From the NCBI GenBank assembly GCA_012295275.1, contig CM022667.1:4774001-4838000 (forward strand): a stretch of DNA of 64,000 nt, given 5' to 3'. Under the pieces are notes generated by a model that ran no database searches, was not told the DNA's origin, and worked only from the letters and a program-made list of their open reading frames with translations. Source of the stretch: Chrysomallon squamiferum (taxonomy: Eukaryota > Animalia > Mollusca). The translations under genes and the position numbers were made by a program. Every line of letters starts with the position of its first letter. The stretch's first letter is position 1. Positions 12,054 to 27,152 of the stretch are shown in pieces.

Positions 12054-13360
12054 GAATCAAAAAACAGAAAGAAAGAAAGAAAAAAGATAATTTGCTTTCA
12101 GGTGATAGAAACAGATATTTAAGTAATTTACGTGTTTCTTTTCTAGTGTTTCACACTGTGAAAACATAAATGTTTCTGTGTTAAGAAAAGAGCTGATAAT
12201 TACAGTGGTGTGTTCTATGCGAATCTACTGGGATCTGGAAACTAGTTCTTTATAGTTTTCCTTCGTCATAGCACTCACTGAAATAAACGCAACTATGTGC
12301 AACCTTTTCCAGGTCCGCCTGAACAAGACTGAAAAATATATTTTATTTCATTCCTTTGAAGGGATCCTGATATGACTTTATTTACTTCAGATTACTACGT
12401 TTGTTTTGAAGAATTCCTTTTATTATGAAGTCATTAAAGATTACTGCAGTTAACGATCTATTTGGTTCCTCGAATTTTCTCATAGTATCTCGCATAGATC
12501 GTGAGTTTGAAATATAAATATATATATATATATGTTTTAATTTATTACTTATATTTTACCTCGGCTGGTTGAAATGGAATACACCCTAAAACAAAGCTCG
12601 TGTTAATTTTCTTTCAACAGAATACAACTTTGTCTCTCTTTCCAAACAGAGATAAATTATTTAAACTGTTTACAGGGAACAATGAATAAAATATGTTGGT
12701 TGTTCAGAGACGTTTACATCAGAAAACAAGAATCGTTTTTGTTTTCTCTGTTCAACAACTGGAATGGGAATACTTTCTACGCAATACAGAGAAATAACAC
12801 AACAGAGCGCTGTTGTAGAGAACTAAATTATTAAAGCAATTATTAAGTACACTAAGTTTTAAACGAACACACAAGCACACAAACAAGGAAACAAACAAAC
12901 AAATAAGCAAAGAAACAGAACAAAAGAAAGATACGTGTTTCGTTTGAACGATTACAAAATTAACTAAGCGTTGTATCTGAGTATATTTCTTTTTTCAATT
13001 TCTATGTGATTGTAACTTGAGTATTTTTCTTCTGGCTTTTTTCTTTAATTTTACTTGTATTTGTCAGTGCGGCTGCGCATTCAGCCGACATCAGTGTTCT
13101 CCCAGTAGAACCTTTTCTTTCTTTCTCGATTATTATAGACTTTTTTAGACACAATTATATGCGTGTATGGAATTAGATTTTTCTTTTTCATTATTATTAT
13201 TTCATGTATGTATATAAACATCGATTATCTCCCTTCACTAGGTTGGACCGTTGTTGAAAGACTGGTAAATGTTCTAGTAACTTTGTTTTCTCTACGGTTT
13301 GAATATGTGCTTTAGATTTTCTATAACGGTCCTATGAGCAAGTTAAAAGGAAAAATTTGA
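11330..13360 (+). pseudogene. Lectin array unit C: deletion relic (promoter and ATG fused to the 3' flank, coding region lost)
   Basis: 11330-11668 matches the lectin upstream region up to ATGCA (ATG at 11664) but lacks the TATA segment; it then runs into sequence matching about 5720-7430. Confidence 0.75.
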
Positions 13361-13492
13361 TACGGATTCAGATACATAATTATGTATATATGTACATGCC
13401 TATCTATTTACCTACTTACTTATATATACGTGTGTGTGTATACGTCTTAGTGTTTGTATATTTGTGTATATGGGTGTGGGTATATATATATG

Positions 13493-13562
<70 letters not shown>

Positions 13563-13590
13563 ATATACACACACAAGTATATATACACAT

Positions 13591-13623
<33 letters not shown>

Positions 13624-14592
13624 CATACATAAATATAAAATATACACATATATTTGAACATACAGAAACATGTATAGATAAATACATACTCTGACATGTA
13701 CATACATACACACATACATACATACACATAGATACACACACACACACACGTATACAAAGATACATACATACATACCTACTAAAACACGTACTTAAATATA
13801 TACATTCATACATAGATACACATACATATATACATACATACATAGATACACACACACACACACGTATACAAAGATACATACATACATACATACATACGTA
13901 CATAAAATAGAATACAATATAAATAAAATATTTTTATTGTTTTTTCATTTAGTTCAGGTTGTTATGCACTTCCATTCTGTTTCTTTTGGTTATGACGTCA
14001 CTATTCATTATTGCATTACGTCATATAAAGAAATTAGTATAGAGTTTTCTTGCGTACATTATATTCATTATTGCATTACGTCATACAAAGAAAAAAATAT
14101 ATAGCTTGTATCTATCTAAAGTAACTTCAGTTGCTTATTACCCAACTTACATCTGCTCGTAAATAGATTTTTCCTGGGAGATGCATTATTTGGTAAGTAA
14201 TTAAATATTTTTCTTCATTTTTCGTAAATGTATAATTTGTATAAGGTATACATTATTTAATTACACGTTCCGAGTTTCAACTGCACTGTATCTCGATATA
14301 TTGATTCCGTCTGTTTTATATGAAAATGTCAGTCCCATTAGTTACTCGAAAGTGTATAAGCTGCAGGTGCATTTCATCATTCTGGTCTAATCAATTATTT
14401 TCATAAAGCAGACGCATTCCGAAAGATTCAAACCTCTCGTGCTTCCTCACAGACACAGAAACATTTCGATGCTCGAATATTTTCTCGTAGAATCTCGTGT
14501 AGCTCGAGAAATAATTCAGTTAGCATTTATCTTCTCGTAGAATTTCGCAGAACGGTTTTTCGTAGAAAGCCCAAGAGATAGAGAACTATTAA

Positions 14593-14670
<78 letters not shown>

Positions 14671-14873
14671 AATAAATAAATGAATAAATAAATTAAAGAA
14701 TAAATAAAGAAAGAATTCTGATAGTCTTGCTGTTTAAGAGAAACTTTTCTAGCTGTTGTTTATTTTAGTATATTTTGTTTTATTGTGTTTTCGATCTCAG
14801 AACTTCTGAAACATTTTCTTAACTCGTATTTTCATACAAAACTATTATTATTAGTAGTAGTAGTAGTAGTAGC

Positions 14874-14949
<76 letters not shown>

Positions 14950-16172
14950 ATAGTAGTAGTAATATCAGTATTTTAAAAACGCCTCCTGGGTCTTCTAAAT
15001 ACTTTAAATAATTGTTCTGTTTCTATGTCTGTCCGTTTATCTGTGGATCTGTCTATCAACTGTCTGTCTTTATAACTTAGATATCTAGCTATCAGTGTAT
15101 GTCTATGTATGTGTGTGTGTGTTAATGTGTATATATGAATTTTGTGTTTGTATGTATATATATGTGTGTGTGTGTGTATATGTGTGTTTGTGCATGTAAG
15201 GTGTGTATGGGAGTGATGATTGTAGGGTGTGTATATTTACTGAAGGAATGACTCCTAAAGCAAGCAATAACTATAAGAAGTTATAAATAACTGTTACAAG
15301 TCTCTCGGTAATTTCATTACTTGACTGTTTTTTATATATATATATATATATTTAATAATAGCAAACACGATAGAGATAGATACAAACACACACATTGTAT
15401 TGTTGATAATATATATATTAACAATGTTAACCACAATACAGTAGTTCTATCTGTTCTATGTCTCGTCTTTCTTTCGATCTATCACTCAACTATATATATA
15501 TATATAAGAAACACAATACAGGTAGATGTACACAGTGTTCTGCTATTGACAGATTAGTGTTTCATTCTCTCAGATTATGAAATGTTTCTGATGGATTGTT
15601 CAGGATGAAACAGATGACGAGGATTTCATCAGAGTAAACACCATTGTCTCCTCTCTGTGATGTTTAATTACAATCTTCACGTAGGCATTTCAGTATCGAT
15701 TTCAGATGTGTCTGTACCAAATACAGAGAACTGACTAAACGGTTAGCAAGACGTTTTCATATTAGCCCTCTACACTGACACACGTAAGGAAATCAAGAGA
15801 AAATTATATTTTGGTTTTCCTTTACGTTTTGCTATAAGGCTAAATAGTGGACATTTCACTGTAATTTTAAACAGTTGAAAATTGAATTGAAAACTGTATT
15901 TTGTAGTGCAAATGATTTAACGATCTTTGTGGGTGTCTTTATATTCAACGTAAGAACAACGTTAAATAAGGACAGAAATTTAAATTTAAAGTGGAGAAAA
16001 CAAAGAGGTTAATAAAGAGAATGAGAGAAAGAATGAAGAAGAAAGTACAAAAGAAGGAAAAAAGACTAAAACAGAAAGAAGACAAAATACAGAAAGAAAA
16101 AAAAAGCGCGATAAAGAATGACAGAAGGAAAGATGAAAGAGAAAACAGATAGCCACAGAGTGAAACGCGTAG

Positions 16173-16598
<426 letters not shown>

Positions 16599-16946
16599 AA
16601 ACTAATAAAGGCAAAGACAGTTTAAAAACACAAAGACAGAGAGAAAAAAACAACACTTCAGACGAAGACACCTTAAACCTGTCATAACAAACACAAGAAG
16701 TGCAATGTTTGAAGAGAAATACTTGGTTTATTGTATCGTAAAACTTTTATGTTATTTACAACAAAGTGTTCACTTTATGAGCACCATATTCTGAGAATTT
16801 CACCGTCTGACGTGGGAAAAGAAAAAAAAAGGTTATATATCACGTTATAATATTCTGTTATATATTCCGTTATAACTATTTAATATGCAAATACTATATC
16901 AAAATATATTTACTTTCATAAACTTATACGTTCATCGTCAAAAAGA

Positions 16947-16991
<45 letters not shown>

Positions 16992-17389
16992 GTAATATGT
17001 ATGTATAGATAGCTAGATAGACAGATAGACAGAGATACAGATAGATATAAATAAATTAGACAAATACATATAGACTGACACATCGATCAAAAGGTCGATC
17101 AGTCGATTGACAGTGATACAGAGAAAATCGATATAGATAAATAAATAGATACAAGTATTAGGTAGACTGATACACCGATCAAAAAAGATCGATCGACAGA
17201 GAGTTTGATGAAACAGAATTAACAGTTTAAACAGACTGTCACTTTCAAACTGAACTGTTTTCAGTTATCGTGTAATGGTTGATTGATTCACAATGTTCCA
17301 GTTGGCTACATCTTTTCCAAGAGCGTTGAATTATTATGCATCAAACGTGAACACGCTTTCTTATTTATCCAACTGCTATCTCGGTTAAT

Positions 17390-17422
<33 letters not shown>

Positions 17423-20198
17423 CTTCTTTTTCTTTCCAGTCATTTTATTTTACGACTGGTTTGGCCTTTTTCCAGCCGTAGACAGTAATTACGTCACGAT
17501 AAACTACACGGGTAATTCGGCGAACGATACTGTCGGGCGTTTTCTTAATTGTCTGTATGAAGTGTAATGCGCCTTTTAAAGAGATGATGCCCTGGGGGTT
17601 AAGGCTGTGGATACGAGAGGCACGAAAATGTAAAAAAACGTGAATTAAAACGTAGCCGGTTAAACACGCGTATCACGCGTGACATTTGAATGACTGGTGA
17701 ACAAAAGACGTGAAGTTTATTGTTAAGACAGTTTTGCTGATGAAATAAAGTGATGCATAGAGATAGGTATGAAGGTGTGTGTGTAATATATATGTATATG
17801 TATATGTATGTATGTATATATGTGTGTGTGTGTGTGTGCTTTTATTTATGTATGTATGTATGTATGTTTGTTGTTAGATATTTAAGTAGGTATATAGTAA
17901 CTATGTAGTACGAGTGTGCCTCTAATCTGTCTGTCAGTCTGTCTATCTGTCTATCTATCTGTGTGTATACGTATTTTTAGGTATTTACATGTGTATATGT
18001 GTGTGTGTGTGTGTTTATGTATGTGTCTTTATTCCTCTGTCTATGTACCCATGTTTGTATACGTCTGCAATTATTCTGAATAGTTTATACACACTTTCAA
18101 ACAGGTACATTTGTAGTTATAATGGTGGTTTTACTAATATACACGATTATTTTATTTTTTATTTCATTTTGTACGCTAATACAGACAAGAACAGTTTATG
18201 CATTCTAACCTTAACATAAGAATTCTAACAGTAAGTGATTTGTAGCTTAATTTCAGTTAAAAAAAAAAAAGGTCGTTTGTGAAATCTCTAAATATTCCGA
18301 TAATCATTGTATATAGAGACGTTAATGACGTAACAGCACGTCATTAGCATTTATAACAAAAAGCCAGACACATTTATGTAGCCGCGTGTACGTAAATTAT
18401 TGTTTGTAGACTGAGATGTTCTGTGTTAATGATAATTTAAGAGTTTATCAATGCTACCTGTCTTTGACTGGAGTGAACAATAGTGATATATATATATATA
18501 TATATATATTGTAAATAATGCTTGAGAAAGAAAGATATGCAGAGAGGGATAGAATTGTAGATAGAGATAAAGAGACAGAGAAAGAGACAAATGTAGAGAG
18601 CTTCAGAGAGAAAGATGGAGAGATGCAGATAAACAGAAAGGGTGAAAGACTGAAACAGAGAGAGAGAGCAGTTATAAAACAAAACCACTAAATCAAAAAC
18701 AAAAAATTGATAATAAATATACAAATAGCCATACAAAAAGACATAAGAAAACAGAAAGACAGTCAAAAACAGGACAAATAGAGAGATGGGAGACAGACAT
18801 ACATAAATATTTGCTTCTTTCTCTTTAATTATCTCCTTTCCCTTTCTTTCGAAAATAGTCTTCATTATTCTTATGTTGTTGTTTGTTAACGTTTGTTTGC
18901 TGCTCTTTTTATTTTGTTGGCTTCATTTTCGTTTATTTTCACGTGGCAAACTTTACACGAACTCTTTCAAGGTTTTGTCAAGACTTTGTTGACTTGTAAA
19001 ACTAGAAATAGCCTGCACTGTTTGCCCAACAGGCGACCAGTCAAACACGGTGTAACCTACAGTTTGTTCCCTGTGTCATAATGGCCGGCATCTGGGATCG
19101 GTGGATTAACGTCTGAGAAGTCGGTTATTTCCGTCAAAACTTCGCCTAGCAATGTGTTAACATACAGTCAGTCACACGGGGCTTGTGTGCACAGATCGAT
19201 GAACTGGCAATAAAAAAAAAGCGTAACTTTTTGAATTTTTTAATAACGTATCTGTAGCAGTTTCGTTCAGTGCCACTTTGTCTTTCGGCTTTATTCAACA
19301 AGGGCTCGATATTTTTGCGTTACGCTTGTCATTCTTCTAAATAAGAGTTAACAGATGATATTCATTCTTAAACGTGTGTGTGTGAGAGTCGTGTTTGTTG
19401 TGTTGTTCAGAGTCGTGGACGTCGTGACTGGTGCAGATGTCGCATTATTTCTTCGGGGAACGGTTGCTCGATTAGGCACGAGCCTTATAACAGCGTTTTT
19501 GTAACGGATATTCGATCAATACAGCCTTTTCTGGTACCTTTGTAAACGTGATTTAGTAACGGAAATTAACTACGTACTACGTGTGTAACTGTAACCTCTG
19601 CAAAACGTCATTGCTAACCTCCCGGATTTTCACAAGTGTTACAGATGTCTTCTTTAAATGTTGTGATGAAAACTACTACTGTCACTTAGACTGCACGTTA
19701 GTGACATTTATAAAACAATCAAACAGAAAGAAAGTGCTCTATTAGCATTTAAATTACACGCCAGTGTCTTTCACCAGGAAGAAAACACTTACCAAAAGTC
19801 AAATAACATTTCACAGTTTATATATATATTTTTTTTCTCAACAGATATTCTCGTGTGAAAAGATTTTAAGTAAATTTTTTTTTCTTTTGATCGTTGCTCT
19901 GTTTCCTTGAAAGATTTCTGTCACAGTGGATGATATCCCAGCAGAAACGTAGTCTGTGTGTCTAGATCAAGTCAGAGTTTTATAACTTTGTTTTCTTAGC
20001 TACAAATACTCATCATGAGTAAAATAATAAAATCTTACGACTGTTGCGATTGTTGGTGATGTTGATTGTCGTCACTGAGAACATAGTTACGATTGCTCAA
20101 CGTAAAATTGCAGACCAACTAAGACATTAATGGCGCCTTAATGTTCTTTTTGTGGTTTTTGTCTGATACTGTTCTGACGCAATAAATGATTCGGTTTA

Positions 20199-20333
20199 TG
20201 ACGTCATTTGGCCTTATTTCTGCCGTCTTTAAGACATTATGACGTTATCACTAAGTTATTTGTTTCCTATGTGAAGAAACTACGTCATTACGTAATCCGG
20301 TTATGACGTCAGGCAATTCGCTTTATGACGTCA
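20199..20333. promoter_or_regulatory. Cluster of CRE-like sites (TGACGTCA x3 plus TGACGTTA, TACGTCA, TTACGTAA)
   Basis: Perfect octamers at 20199, 20304 and 20326; the motifs are certain, function is not shown. Confidence 0.4.
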
Positions 20334-20759
20334 TTTCGTGCCTTTCTAAGATCTTCATTTCGGAGATTATAACATTTTTTTTCTTTTTCTTCTTATTCGT
20401 TCTCGTGGTTTTCTCCGACAAGCTTTGAATAGAAAAACTGGCGCTGACGCATTTTTTTTCTTACCGCGCTGCGGATAATAGGAAAGGTTATTAAGCAGAG
20501 CTGGTCAGCATATGATGAAGTACTTGATCGACTGACTTGTCACGTAGGTCGGAAGTCGCGTAACGTTAGTCACGCAGAGAAAATTACGAGTGCCGCTGTT
20601 GGGAGAAATGTGAGCAGAAGGGAACTGCGCAGACGTGAAAGAAACAAATAACTGGAGAAAATTAAATTGCAACGTCAGGGCAACATGAGGAGAGAAAGGG
20701 TAATTGGAAAGAGAAAGTTTGACTGCTAATTTCTCAATATTACATTCGTCAAACTACTA

Positions 20760-20825
<66 letters not shown>

Positions 20826-21683
20826 TACTGCTACGTCTAACAAGTAAATAAATAAATGAAAAGTAAACAATAGTGATAATAATAGTATGAATATTAGTAA
20901 TAAATAAAAAATTAAATAAATACATTTGTAAGTATTAACACAACAAAAATAATAGCTGTTTTTAGTATGAACTATTATACCGCGCACCTGTTACTGCTAG
21001 TACTAGTACTAAACCTGCCGGTTCTGTTATTAGTTGTACTATAAATAGCATATACTGCACTTAATTAAAACACGAGTTACTGTTAATATCATTAAAACAA
21101 CTACTGTTAATAATAATAACGAATAACTACTGAAATAAAATAAATAAAACATTTATTTAAGCATTTAAATAAATAAGTAAATAAATACCACATGAGAATG
21201 GGGCGCTATAATTATAGTTATTATTACAGTAAACTCCAGTGAAAATTTTTTTTTTTTTTTATGTGTACCTGTACAGACCTACAATCTCGCTCACTCTCTC
21301 CGTGTTTATTCACAAAAATAACTGAAGGTGAGGCGGTGTACGGCTAGATTTTTATCGCCGTATCTTTCAAGCATAACGGAAATCTTTGGCGCTGAAACAA
21401 TAATAAAAAAAAAACATTGACAGCGAGCTCCTGATTCGAATGGAAGTATCGACGTGAATTTTTACGTGTTGCGTACCGAGGATCTGTTTTCTACAGCACG
21501 AGCACACACGCTCTCTGTTCGGCTGTGCAACTCTCGCATTCGCTGCACGAAAATCAATGCCGTGGTGTTAGTGTAGGAAGTTGTTTCATCACGACAGCAC
21601 CTCGCCACGAGAACGGCGACATCTGACGACAACGTATCTATCAGACGATCTGTGAACATCGTCTGACAACGTCATGTGACAGG

Positions 21684-21730
<47 letters not shown>

Positions 21731-23153
21731 AAGAGAATGAGAGAAAACGAGAGGAATAGAGTGAACAAACTGTAGGATACTTTTATTGTGAAAACTTGTA
21801 CTTCTTACGACGTTAAACTGCTGTGTTTTTTCGTTAAACGGATTATCGTGGAAGACGGAAAAGATCTGGTAAAAAATGAGTTAATTTTTATTTGTTTCGT
21901 TTATGTTTATGTTATAATTATGTGACGTTAACTGAACAGTGGCAGACGATTCAGACGATAACTGAAATCAGAACAACAAGAAATCGGACGAGCAAATTTC
22001 AGTGTGACCAAACGGCACCTGATTTGTAAAAGAAGACAACCAAAGTGAAGCGTCGCCAGTCCAATGTAGCAGACGACAGCCAATAATAGCAGACGACAGA
22101 TAAATACAGCAGCCAGCCAAACACATACGAAATATCTTAAAAGTGAGATTTTTTTTTTTTTTACAATAATTGCTCGGACGAACTTTAAGAAGAGAAAAAC
22201 GTTCACGCAGAAAGGAGATAGGAATCTACACCAGACGACAAACATGTATGGGATCATTTTTTAACTCCTGACGTTTACTGCTTATAATTGCAGGATCTAA
22301 ATTTGATAAAAGGATAGGCAAGTAGGCTTAACCGACAAGTGGGCTGTTACAGAGGGGAAAAAAAAAAAAAATAATAAATAAATAAATAATAATGAATAAA
22401 AAATAAATAAAAAATAAAATAAAATAAAAAATAAAAAATAAAAAATAAAAAATAAAAAATAAACACAAAAGGAATAAAAACAGCTAACGACAAACTCGTG
22501 TTTGTGAAAGATTCCAGATTTTAATATTCGCTGCGTGTTTCGGATAGAAGTTTAATAAGAAGAAAAAAAAAAAAAGAAAACAGACAAGTTAAGTTTGTAC
22601 GAGTTGGCAGGACTTTGCTGCAGCAGACGACTATCGGGAACCGCAGACGTCAAAGAAGGAATTCCAGAGATAAGATTATTCGAGTTTTTCCTTCAGCTCT
22701 GAAAAACAAATTTATCGGATCGAATTATTGTAAAATAAAAGAGTTAAAACCTGTAAGGCGGTTCGCTAACAGCACCCGCGTAAGATTGTGAAATTTATTC
22801 TGGACCTGGGATCGGAAGTTTTTTTTTTTTTTTTTTTAAGAAAAAAGATAAAACAAACAAAAGCAGACGACACATGCACACACGAGATATTTTTAGCGTG
22901 ACGTTCGCCGTGTGTAACATTTTACGTGATCAATTTTCGAGGAAACAGAAGATTGAAGAGTTTGTAACAGGAGACACGAAAGGACACCAGGCGACGAAGA
23001 AGTAAATGTTTTCACGGTGACGTTTTTCTGTATTTGAACAAAAAACAAAAGAAAACAAACAAAGATCGTCGCGAAGTGTGGTTAGTGTAATTAAGCAGAC
23101 GACAGAGAATCGCAGCAAATGAGAGAAGCGTGCAGACGACGTCATCTCACCTT

Positions 23154-23645
23154 ATGTCAGGATTTACCTGTGTCAACATGTCCTCCGGAATGAAACTCAA
23201 ATGCGACTCGCAGGATTACGCCAACTTGCAGTCGTCGATGGCGATGCAGCACATCATCCTCACCGTCGTGATGGTGACGGGGTTCCTGTGCACGAAGACG
23301 ATTTACGACAAAATCCGACGACGGCACGCGAGGATTACCGTTGTTGTCATAGGAGCCGGGCCCGTGGGTCTGTCTGCCGTCGTGGTAGCTGTTCGCAGCG
23401 GGCGCGTGGCGCGCGTGGTGCTGTATGAGGAGCTGTCTCGCAACGCGCTGGTCAACAAACAGCACCAGATCGCGTTTGACGCCAAAACCGTGACGTTCTT
23501 GCAGAAGCTGGGCGTGGACTTCGACAACATGGAGGGGTGCTGGGACAGGGAGTGTTTCTTCACGAGGGTGGGGATCTTCCAGGAGTATCTGCTCAGCGTC
23601 ATCTACAGGCTACCCGTCCCCGTCGACGTTCGTTTAGGATGTAAG
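23154..23645 (+). CDS. FAD-dependent oxidoreductase/monooxygenase-like protein, coding exon 1 (TM anchor + Rossmann GAGPVG motif)
   Basis: GC-rich ORF; IILTVVMVTGFLC followed by KIRRRHAR, then TVVVIGAGPVGL...VVLYEE; AAG|GTGAGT donor, phase 0. Start ATG is ambiguous (23154, 23178, 23190, 23238 or 23244). Model join(23154..23645,52971..53345,54354..54570,55493..55674) = 1266 nt, 421 aa. Confidence 0.88.
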
Positions 23646-23922
23646 GTGAGTAACGACGTGTTTGTTGTGTTCTGTCTGTCCGTCACGCCGTCTGTGTTTA
23701 TCGGGAAAATAATATCTGTCCGCCTGACTGGTTGTCAGTTACGTTTTTTGTTATTTTTTATTATTATTATTATTATTATTTTTTATTTTTTTTTTTTTTT
23801 TTTTTGTGCCTTTGATGTGCATTTGAAAGTGTGATAAAGTGATAAATAGATAGCTGAATAGACACTTAGATCGGATAGACTAGATTGTACAGAGAGATAT
23901 CAGCAAATACAGAGAGCGAGAA

Positions 23923-24086
<164 letters not shown>

Positions 24087-26169
24087 CCTCGTGTTAATCA
24101 GTGCACGGTCGCTTGTTTGCTAATTTCGCTCTCGGTCACTCTGACCCGCGGTTCTCACACAAATCCACGTTCAGAGGATGAAAAGACGCTGCTGCACGCT
24201 ACGCTGATAAATTATGTAGAAAAATCCAATAAATTAATAACTGCTACAAGTTCAGCACTTCGACACCCGCTTCACCACAGACAACACTTGTTTGTACTCG
24301 CCGAGCATGTTGTTATTTGTGTTTGTTTAATCATTTATTACTTCATCCATCTATCTAATCTAATCTAGTCTAATTTGTCTTTCCTTTTGTTTGTTTGTCT
24401 GTCTCTTTGTTCTGTCTACCTGCCTACATATCTATATATCTGTCTGATTGTCTGTCTATGTAACAATAATCTCTCTTGCTATCTATTTATCTGTCTATAT
24501 GTCTGAATCTTGATATATCTCTCTCTCTATCTATTTATCTACCTACCTGTCTATTTCACTATTAGTGTTTCCATTTATCTGTCTCAACACAAAAACTTAT
24601 TCATTCACTCATTCATATTTCCAGAAATAATGATATCTGTGTATTCATATTTTAAAAACGTATTTAGAAAAAATATATTATAATAATAATAATAAATCAT
24701 GTACATTGTAATATACTGCATGATATTTAAAACAGAGTATATATACACATTGCATCATTAATATCAGTTATAAACCACATCCATGATAATTATTTGCTAT
24801 TGAGTATTTGTCATACCTGCGTCTGATATTTATATCTGATATTCATATACAAAACACAAATACAAAGCAATTTTGTAACAGAAGACCGTAACAGAATTGC
24901 TGTTTATTTTAGTTAAAATAAAAAACAAAAGTCTTTATCTACATTCGCCTTTTGAAAAAAAAAAAAAAGACTTTTTGCTAACAGTCTTAGAACCGATCGA
25001 AAAAATGTCTATTTCTTTCGGCTGAAATCTTAGAACGACAAGAACCTTTGATCCAGATGAACTTGTTTGATATTTCATCAGTAGACGTTTGATATTTGGA
25101 ACACAGAGGAAAGGGTCGAACGAGAAAATCATTATTGTTATCACATGTCAGTCTGAGGTAATCGCTTTCTTGAGATCAAAGATTTTGTGTGCATCGCAAT
25201 TTCTTTTTTTTTTTTAATCCTTTAACCAAGTTCATAATCCTTTTTCCTTCTTCTACAAGACAGTCCGTAAACAGCGTACTGCTACTACTACTACTATGGC
25301 TATTATTACAACTACAACAACTATACAGTTACATCACCACCACCATCACCATTACAACAACTACAACAACAGCTAAAATACGACATAACTGACAATAACT
25401 ACTATTAGTATTAGTACTACTACTACTACTACTACTATTTACTACTACTACTACTACAAATATTACTACTACTACTACTACTAATATTGCTATTACTACT
25501 ACTATCAGTACTGCATCTTCTACTTTCTAACTCTATAACAACTAACAGTGACAACATCATCATCATCATCACCATCATATCTACAACGGACGACAATATA
25601 TTGATTTTGCAGTTTCCAGTATATACTAATAAAACTTTCTTTCTACTCTCAGATCAGATGCTTGTCTGTATATAAATAACCTGATAACCATAAGACAATT
25701 TAGTCCTGACCTTTGACATTAGAAATACGCGTGCGTTGTTACTTAGTGGTCTGTTTAACACATGTTTGAATCTTTATACCACGAAGAACCAAAAAAGATC
25801 CCGGAGGAATGTAGATAACATTTATCAGTAAAAATAAAATCGTAAAATGTACATTATCTCATAAATCACTGTTTGTTTGTTTGTTTGTTTGTTTGTTTGT
25901 TTACGTGTCTTTGCAGTTCATAAGTATTCACCCCCCCTCATGTAGGATGGTCCCCGTTTTTCTGTTTATGTCAAAATATAAATAAATAAAAATGAAAAAT
26001 AAAAGGACCCAGTAAACAAAACAAAACAAACAAAAAAAAAAATAATAATAATAATAAAAAAATAAATAAATTAATAAAAATAAAATATAAAAATAAAAAT
26101 AAAATAAATAAAATAAATAAATAATAATAAAAAAATAAACAGAAAATAATAATAATAATGATGATGATG

Positions 26170-26229
<60 letters not shown>

Positions 26230-27109
26230 CATTGGTTTTCAGATTTTGTTGTCTATTAAATTTTTGTCCGAAAGACAAAAAGATAAAAGAGGAAAAGAAA
26301 AAACAAATGAAAAGAAAGAAAAATTAGAAATAACTGAAATATAGAAACAAGGAATGAAAGACAGAAAAGGAAAGAATGAACAGAAAGGAGTGAAAGAAAA
26401 TCAAAATCACGAAATAAAGAAAAAAAAAGAAAAGAAGCAAAAACATAAAATAACTGAAAATAAAAACGACAAAAAGTAAAACAGATAAACAAGGTAAAGA
26501 AAGAATGAAAGAAAAAATAAATGACGAAGAGAGAAGGACTGAACGACTAAACAAGATTAACATCAACTATTAATTTCACTGTCTACGTTTTACTTGTCAT
26601 AAACGTTTCTTACCCACTAAATGACAACGTGTAATGTTACACCGCTGTTTATAACCTTCCTTTAGACTTAATTAAAACATCTCTGTTTGGCAATGATGAT
26701 GTTATTTCTGGAAGCTCCTAATTACACGAAACAGAACGCTAAATAAAACCGTTATGTTGCCAGACTGAAGTAAAACATGAAACCGTAAGAACAAACATAA
26801 ATATTTCATAAATAACTGATACCTGCGTTTTTCTATTTTATTTGGTTACCTCCATATTTGTTTTTCTTTCTTTCTTTCTTTCTGTCTTTCACATATTTAC
26901 AAGGAAGACTGCATTTATTTACTTCGTATTTCTTTCATTCTTTATAAAAAAAAAAATTCTTGTTGACTCTTTCTTTAGATTATTACAAAACAATCGAAAT
27001 CGCCAGAACCACTATCATCATCATCATCATCATTATTGTCATTATTACTATTATTATTATTATTACTTTTTTAAATACTACTACTACAACAACAACAACA
27101 ACAACAACA

Positions 27110-27152
<43 letters not shown>

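Noticed and set aside
23157-23602. Overlapping antisense and alternate-frame ORFs in oxidoreductase exon 1 (likewise 52803-53234 and 60243-60613)
   Set aside because: Shadow ORFs of GC-rich coding exons with no independent motifs
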